Assembly: GCA_965235115.1 (NCBI GenBank)
Contig: OZ249451.1
Location: 4,526,001 to 4,590,000 of the forward strand
Direction of reading: 5' to 3'
DNA: 64,000 nucleotides
Origin: Laetmonice hystrix
Taxonomy: Eukaryota
Part shown: piece by piece, positions 52,401-61,400 of the stretch
How the letters are laid out: the number at the start of each line of letters is the position of its first letter
Position numbering within the stretch: the first letter of the stretch is position 1
Translations under genes and position numbers: made by a program
Notes under the pieces: generated by a model
What the model was told of the DNA's origin: nothing
What the model saw: the letters and a program-made list of their open reading frames with translations, nothing else
Database searches by the model: none

Positions 52401-55400
52401 AACTCTAATCTGTATTCTTTTCCATAAATTAACACCACCACTTAACCACTGCTAACACCACCACCTTTTCGACGGGATCGCCCCCTGGCGACAGACGGTG
52501 CAAACCAGTGTCCTTTGACCTTCAGCGGTCCTTGTGGGTTACCATGTGCCCTTGGGTTCAGTGTTTGCCCGGACGGTGGAGTCTGCTGCTACCGCCCTGA
52601 CTGCGGCTATAGCTCCTGCACCAAGGCCGATGGTAAATGACTATTTCACAAAGTTTTATTGACACTGACATCTGCGATAAGCGATTTAATCTGCGATTTA
52701 TTGTGTTGAGATGGTCATAACCTCTCTTTCCACGCATGACCCCGCGCACATGGGGTCACAATGCACCGCGCCAGCTCGGCATGACAGTTATCGGAAAATC
52801 AAGATCAGCAGGAAATGTATATTTTATTGACATGTATTATCCTTCAACGTAACGTATAATTAATTGAAAAAGGACTTAATTGGAAATTATACTTAATTAA
52901 TTATTTAATTATATTATAATTATAAAAGTACGAGCCCCATTTAAAGTGCAACAATGTTCATTAAAACACTACAGTTTCCGCCTTTGCGCAGTAGGTCCTA
53001 TTGACGTGCAGTCACCTGAACTGAACCCACCCTACGAACGACCCTAATTACCACAGCTTCCTAACAATAACGTTCTCACCCTGTCAGTGGCCAGAGACGC
53101 TGCCCCGTGTCCAGCCGGGGTTACCGGCCCATGCGGAGCCACCTGTGGTCCCCGTCAGTTATGTGAGCCGGGAGCGACCTGCTGCTTCCGGTTTGAATGC
53201 GGTTATAGTTCATGCATAACGTCAAACGGTAAATGGTGCCATTACTAATTATCACAGACTGAACACGTGTGGGTGAGTGTGTGTGGGTGTGACACATATA
53301 AGTGTGTTTCTATTTCCTTACCTCTAACACTAACCAATACTGGCAAACGATCATTTTTTATTGCAAGTTTGTGAATGCGAAATAAGCATGTATAAGCCTA
53401 TCATTTAACACTCAAATGGAACCCTGTTTGGGTAATTCAGGACGAGTAGTGTTGATGCCTGAGTATTGTAGATAATGGCAGGACTTCCCCTCTGTTGGAA
53501 TATGTATGTGTATATAGCTGAAGAGCGCCACCTTGAGCATTTATAAGGACTGAAATAGATTATGAGAACAGCCCAGTTTAGGCTTTTTCTGTCATATCAA
53601 ACAGGGTCCCATCATCCCACCCAAAACAGTCATTGCACGCATCACAATTTACTAATAACCTTTACTGCACAAATTCCCCTTTCACCGTTCTGCAAGTCTT
53701 ATGCATGTTTACCCTTCCAGTAAAGTTTATGAGACCACCCTTCCATTGTACCAAGATACTTCCAAAGTTTATGAGACCACCCTTCCATTGTACCAAGATA
53801 CTTCCAAAGTTTATGAGACCACCCTTCCATTGTACCAATATACTTCCAAAGTTTATGAGACCACCCTTGTATCATACCAAGATACTGCCGAAGTTTATGA
53901 GACCACCCCTCTATTGTACGGATTACATACATTAACCCCTCACTGACCATGCTGCGGTTTGCAGTCTTACCATCAGGTAATTTACAGTCTATCCGTCACG
54001 GAGTCTGCCCCATTCTCCCCAGTGGCAGCCCGCTACTACCACGTCAGATAACCTGCCTTGTCGACGGTGATTGCCCGGGGGTATTCAAATGTTGCCCTCG
54101 ACTCGGGTGTAGGACCTTTATAAAGTTATGTATATATCCACAAGGATTTACCACAGCCCGTTCCTATACAACACCAGCTTCAACCACAACAACCGGTAAC
54201 TTACATTTAATATCAACTTTTAAAATGTCCTATAGTCGATGAAATTCGAGAACAATGGAAGATATTGAAGTACAAAATTGAATGTGAGGTACACATGTAC
54301 TTCTGATAAATAGGTATCCTGTGGTTTTTATAGACCTATTTTCTTTCTCCTTTTTTGGAAATAAATTTTGAGTCACGCCATCTTCAAAGTGCGCGTTCAT
54401 GTATTACGGAACAGGAACGTTGCTAGGGCCCCTGCATAAACCAGGGGAATGCCCTGTTACACCAACAAGGGCACGGACTTCTTGTGGGAATCCCTGCTAT
54501 TTTGACGTATATTGTCCTGGTCAGCTGAAGTGCTGCCCTCTACCGGGATGCGGAAGTAAGGGTGTCGTCTGCCTAAGCCCGCGCTTCCAGACCACTGAAC
54601 CGCACATACACACCTTTCCCGTTGTAACCCCTCCAACTATATATCACCCTACCACACAGGCGCCCGGTAATCAAGTCATTTCATATTCTACCATTGCTAT
54701 CCCGATTTGAAGATCATAATCGATTACGTTACTCTTCAATATACACAATTAGGTTCATTTAGAGATATGGTCATGAGTAATTCAACGTTTCCCAAAGTTC
54801 TCTATTCTCTACTTGAACACCTCCCCCCTTTATTCTGCCTTTTACGGTATCAGTATTTTCACACTCTGTGCACATTAACACTCGCATGACATATTATCAA
54901 GGATGGCCCAGTGGTTATGCTACATTAGATTATAAAATAATAATTTTCTTTCACACATTTTGGTATTATTATGTATAAGACACCCCATGTGACTCCCCGA
55001 CGCTTTTATAGGTGTTGATCTGCCTTACATGAAGCAGGGTATTTGCGTAGAGCACCCTCACATAAAGCAGAAGAGTTGCCACCCAACATGCTTCAATGAC
55101 TACGAATGTCCAAACATACTCAAGTGCTGCCCCATACCGGCGTGCGGAGGAATTAGTACTGTATGCATAACGCCGATCTTTTTGCACGGTCCCTTTTTGC
55201 ATAAGAAAGGTAAAGAATCTACGATGTCTTGTTATGTTTTTGAACTTTTGTCTTAAAAACGTTTCTGGGGTATTCATAAGGAACCAGTTATTACCTGCGT
55301 GGTTCAGAAATATCGCTGCGCCATCCTTGCTTTTGATGCATGATGTTTCCTTTTGTATTTAACCGGATACACAGTTTGGTCGCATCTTAAAACGGTGGCT

Positions 55401-58400
55401 GTTTGTACTGAGTCGCCATCTGGTATGGACAGAGAGTGTGAAGTGAGGTGTTCTTCCAGTGATGAGTGTCAGGAATCAGAAATCTGTTGCATGCTTCCCT
55501 CCTGTGGTTCAACGGGAACGACCTGCATGAAACGCCAGGGTAATTTTAGTTAAGTAGAGCAACACTAGGTGGCATAAAGTGTGTTGATAAATTGTATTAA
55601 AGGGAGACTCGTAACATTAGTCGATAGGTGGCGCTTCTGCATGGTGATGCATTTAATTGGTTTAACACCCTCCTCCGAGACATACATGTATATAATACTA
55701 TATATGTCCTTAAAGGTACAGATTGAGCGAGGCCAAATATGCATGCAAATATGAATTTACCATCCCTTATTTGGTAATTACCTTACAGCGCCACCTGTCG
55801 GCTCACTGATTGCCTTTTTCTCGCCCTTCAGCCTAACGATTAGACTAACAGAAGTTTAGATGTAGCCGACATTTATGAGAGAGGGAGAGAGAGATAGAGA
55901 GACAGAGAGAGAGAGAGAGAAAGAGATAGACAGAGGCACAGAGAGACAGAGACAGAGAGAGAGATAACTCATGCTTGCTAACACCAACCTCTAACACACG
56001 CCGTTTCGTACGTAAAGCCACAGACACCACCCCGCCCGTCAACTGCCCCGAGGTGACCACGTTTAGCAGTACGTCATGCGCAGAGATGGTTACCTGCACA
56101 CGTGACGCAGACTGTCCTGACGAACGCCAGTGTTGCTTCACGTTGTGCGGCGCGCGCTGCATCCCGCCACGGAGTCAGGATGACGTACCAGGAGACGCTG
56201 GAGGCACGTAATATGTTGTACTTTAGATATCTGTCTACGTCATATATGGTAGGCTCTAGATCTATGCTGTGTTCCGTTCTCGTAGTCAGTCGCGGTGCTT
56301 CTTTAAATAAACTCGTCCATGATTTATCCGGATCATAAATACTTTTATAAGGCCCGGGACAACTAAAGGGGGTGGGGGTGTGGGTGGGGTGGGGTGGGGG
56401 GTGGGGGTAGAAGAGAGTAGCGCCACTCGTCATTTACAGAGTTTGGTGGCCCAGTGGGTGAAAGACACCTGCCTTGAGAGAGCTAAGAGTTGCTGGCTTT
56501 CAGGTTAAATTCTCACTTTTTTCAATGAACCCCCCCCCCTCCGGGCCAGCGATTTGTGTGCGGGTTTTTCTCGAGAATCTTTTGGGCAAATCACGGGGCA
56601 ATTAGCCAATCAGAGCTCTGACGTCATACTACAACGCTAATACTAACCCTAACCCTCACTTTAACTCTAATCCTCACTTTAACCCTAATCCTCACTTTAA
56701 CCCTAATCCTCAATCATATTTGTTCATACAGATGTGTCCGTCAACTATATTAGAGATAAGCATAGATTTGTATTCATTCGACAGAGTCTAAACAGGCGCT
56801 ACGTCATGCAGAAGGAGCTGACGGCACTTACCCATTGTTCCCAGAAGAGTTAGGGGATAGAAATCTTACACTTGTGCCTTCCCATAATCATTAGATACCG
56901 ACGGGATGTCACCTATGGAACCATGACCCCTGCACTCACAACATGCATGTCAATATTCCAGGACGGCGGCCAGCCCGGAGCCGGCCTGGTGCCTGTCCCA
57001 ATTACAATCTGCCGGGAAACTGCCGGTTGTACTGTCTCCGGGATGACCAGTGCGACCATGGTTCTAGGTGTTGTTTCACGGGATGCGGGAAACGCTGCCT
57101 CAGAGTCGTACGAACCATTCCCCCAGGCATGCTCCATTTCGTATACTCGAAAGAATCTTTGCGTTTTTTCCATTTTATACCCGAGCCGTAGTGCAACATC
57201 GAACTAACAGAGGACATTGCCTTCTACATTGCTTTTTCCCCGCAGACCAACCTAAATTAATGGTCATTATTATAGAGACTAAAATGCGTCACAGAGGGAA
57301 AATAATTTTAGTTACAATTTTTAGAATTTAGAGTATTTTTTTATGACAAGTCAAACAGACAACCCCGTCATATAACGAAAGCCAATTCAGCTGAAAATAT
57401 TTGCAATGCTGTTCTAACGCTGCTAACTCTGCAGTGGCTGTGAGCCGGCCAGGTCTGTGCCCAAACATCCACCTCCCAGGACAGTGTCAGAAGTTCTGTA
57501 AACAAGATGGACAGTGCTCACTGAACCGGAAGTGCTGCTCCACTGGTTGCGGAAGGCGCTGTCTCAGCGTAACAGGAAACAATACTATTGACCCCGGAAA
57601 TGAACTCCCAGGCAGGCGCTCTCCTAACATTGTTTCCGATTCATCATAAATTAAAACTTTCAAATGTCTTTTTTTTATCTGCCATCCCATATAAACCATC
57701 ATGTTATTTATCTTGATGAAGATATTGGCAGATATTTGCATGGCCTTTAGCGTAATACCGCCAAAATATTGTTTCCTTTCTTATCTGATATTGACGATTT
57801 TTTTAGTATTATATTCTATGACACTATCTTTGATAGGGGGTTCTTTGCAATTTGCTTCAACCATAGTTGTTTCTTGACTTTCTAGGAAGCTCAACAGCTA
57901 ACTGATGCCTGATTGCTTATTTTTCTAAGAGTTTCCGCCGTATAGTTATTCTGTTTTCAGTGACATAGATTTGTTTCAAGTTGTATCAGTTGTGTACAGC
58001 TATTACTAATGATCAACACGATACCCTATCCTAAATACGGTAGAGTCTCGTAATCTTCTACAAACGCTTTATTCATTGGCTCTGATTGCCAGCTTCCATA
58101 GTATCGCTTACAGTTCAACCTTTTTAAACCCATGTTGTCATTTTTCCCTTGCTTCCAGTTTCTCATGTTTTATTGCAAACTGATACCTCCAGTCGTTTCA
58201 AACATAACATTATAGTATCTTTTTCAGTTTGGCTAAACAACCGTTTATAGAAGACAGCCCTGCTTCTAGTAGTTTTGGGCCAGACATACATTAAACATGC
58301 CTTCAAGGGAGACCGGGGTGTTTTTAAGTTGAAATTGAGTTTTTATATGAAAGGCGTTTATTTCAGTTTTGAATTCACGAAAGACAGTATTATTTGGATA

Positions 58401-61400
58401 ATAATGGAGTAAGTACAATATTATAGGCCGATATAGTGTGAAGATTTGAAAATTTGACAATTCTCTTCGTGATTATCGACATCTCCGGCACCCCTGTCTC
58501 CAACCAATCATCAAATTGACGTTCCTAGAACTGTCATCACTTTTACCTTTCAGCTAAGAATGGAATATGTCCAAACATTGTCCAGTTCAGACCTAATGGC
58601 GTGTGTCCTGGGATCTCCTGCAGCAAGGATGACGATTGTTTTGGTGAACAGAAATGTTGTGTTTCCGGATGTGGACAAAGAACGATCTGTACTTCTCCCG
58701 TCTTGGCGACAGGTGGATTGAACAATTCCTAGCACACTCGATGGCTCGGAACCGCATTGGGACAATGGGAAATTATACAGATGCTAATCTCCGCTAGAAT
58801 TTCCTGTAGATGCACGCCAAGATAAGATGATGCATGATTGAAAATGGCGAATTGTGGATGGTATGGGACTAAAAAAAGGAATTGATATGTACTTAACACG
58901 AATAGCAAAAATACGTCTCCCATTGTCCTAGGTACAGCTTCTCGGATGTGCACATTCTTCCTAGAGTTGTGGGCCTTCAGTTTTATTTGCTTGCCCATGG
59001 CACCTTGAGTCACAATGTAGACAGCCTATTCTGCGCAGTTCTGCATGCTTCCTGTGTAGGCGCAGTGATATAGCTAGGACAACTGTAGTATTGCAGGCAC
59101 ATTATCCACGAAATCTACCACCCGCATCGCAAACAACCTCCTAGCCAACCCAATGTCTACACTCATTTTCTAGCACACACATATTTTGTAGCAACATCGG
59201 CAGTTTTTTCTCCCCCACTTGTTTGTCCTGCCTTTAAGTTTGATTTTACTCCCAGTGACGTACTCCCTAAGGCACCCCATGCTTTGTTTTGCAGCACATT
59301 TAGTGATTTAACCCAGCAGGTCGTGAGGCCAACATGCCCGCCTCACAAGTATGATTTGAGTTCTCCAGCGCACAGTTAAATGTCGGTCTAGAACCGTCGA
59401 CCGAAGGTCTAAGTCGACCCATCTGTGTTTCATCACGCCTTGTCTGTCGTAGATTAAAGTCATTTGATGTCAATCATACATCATGTTTGTTTTGCAGTCA
59501 TACTGCCCTAATTTTCTTTTCAGAGAGCATATAGAATATATCTACTTGTACTTTCAATGTTACAAATATTTTACATAAACTTATTGAAGCTTTAAAAACA
59601 TAGTTGACTTTAAAAATAACAGATACGCTCTAATAAATGACATCTACACAACATTTCTGGCATTATCTGTAAACCTAAATCGTATCTTCTAACTTTCCAT
59701 TATCTGTTCATCATTTGGATAATTTAGTTGCCCTTTTACTCAAGTTTTACTGTTTATTCTACTTTTCAGGCGAAAGATGCGGTGTAAGTAATATTTTTAT
59801 TTTATTATATTATATATGTATAGCAAGAGACGTGAATTTCAAGTATTACAACAACTAGTTAAGTGACTTCATTATTAATCCTGTCATGCAGGTTTGCTAT
59901 CGTGAAATATTTACAATAAAACCCCACCCCCTTTGGCTGCAAGCCTTGCTTGATCTTCAAGAAATCAAGTACATATAGTATGGAATAGAAACGGATAAGT
60001 CATGAATAAGATGTAATAACAGGGATAAGGAGATGGTTTTACGAATAGAAGATGGCCAAGCCTGACACCCAGGGGGTTATGGGGGTTGCAATACTCTTTT
60101 GAAAGTGATTTTTTGCTAGTCAAATTCCCCCACCCGCAGGATCCGCGCTGCGGCGCCTGGCAAAAGGCAATAAGTTTGCATACGGGGTTCCTCTTCAAAC
60201 ACAACAACTCCCTTCTCAGATGAAAGATTCTGGTGGGATAAAAATTCTTTATGAGATCTGTAATAATCAGTCAAATATATTATATACATGTATATATATT
60301 TATATACTGTATGTATATGTTTATCCGATAGCCTATATTCTGCCCACCAAGCTACAGATGTGAAAGGGCACCTGGCTGCACCTCCTCACTCTGTGCCGGA
60401 CGCTGCGTCCGAGGTTAGTACTTATCGTAGAGTACTTCAGTTAGCCAAGATTGTACAACCTGTAATTAACCAGTTATATACACTCAAACCTTTAATATAC
60501 TAGTGTCAAACCCGCTGCATATATATATGCATGCCTAATGCAGCTTTCCGTCCCAGCCAATAAGATACTTTTCAATATTTTAGCAGAAGATAAGCATGGG
60601 TATTTAAATCGCAGAAGTCATTATATAGGTTTGCTAAAATTCAGTGTCTTCTGCCAATAAATGTTGCTGGAATACGTATCGTAAACCTACTATGTCCCAT
60701 GATGATGGTAACTTGATAAACTGGACTTTCAGGTGGCATTTCCCTGCCAGGCACACCTTTCCCACCCATCCCCCCAGTACAACCTCGCCCGGGCTTATCC
60801 TGCAGCGTAAGTAACCTTCAAATATACCCACCTTTTATTCGTACATTAAAATATGACTAAAACGTTTTTAAACGTTCTTTACAAGCTGGGTGCCAACATG
60901 TTGATTAAGAATCGGTTTGATTGGCTGTTTATCACAGACCACCGTGTGTGTGGCAGGATTCGAGTGTAAGCTCAAGGACGTGGTTTGCATAACAGCCCCA
61001 TGTAACCCTGTGCCTACTTGCGTTCCAACAAGTAAGAAGCAGTTTTTCTACCCAGATTTGTATTACATATTTATTATATTAGATATATTTTGTTATATAT
61101 TTTTTAATTATATTTCTATATTGTATATATTAGATGGTAGAGATAATCATCATCTGTATGCTTGTCCAGGAACATTGATAGTAAACTTATAATGTCACTA
61201 TTCACCTCATCCTTTTAGATAACGCCTGTGACGTAAGTATTCCAGTCTTCTTACACTTCATTCTGGTTCTACTAAAATAGATATGGAATAGTTATGACAT
61301 TTCAGATGTAAAACAAGTTTTTTCAGCAGATCGACAAAAAAATTGCTCTATCAACTCATTTAAAAAGTCAAAAAGCACAAAGGAAAGCATTTCTGTTCGC

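Noticed and set aside
59290-59350. Possible extra exon GREANMPASQ ending caa|gtatga
   Set aside because: Poor acceptor, no cysteine, and not needed for the phase chain.
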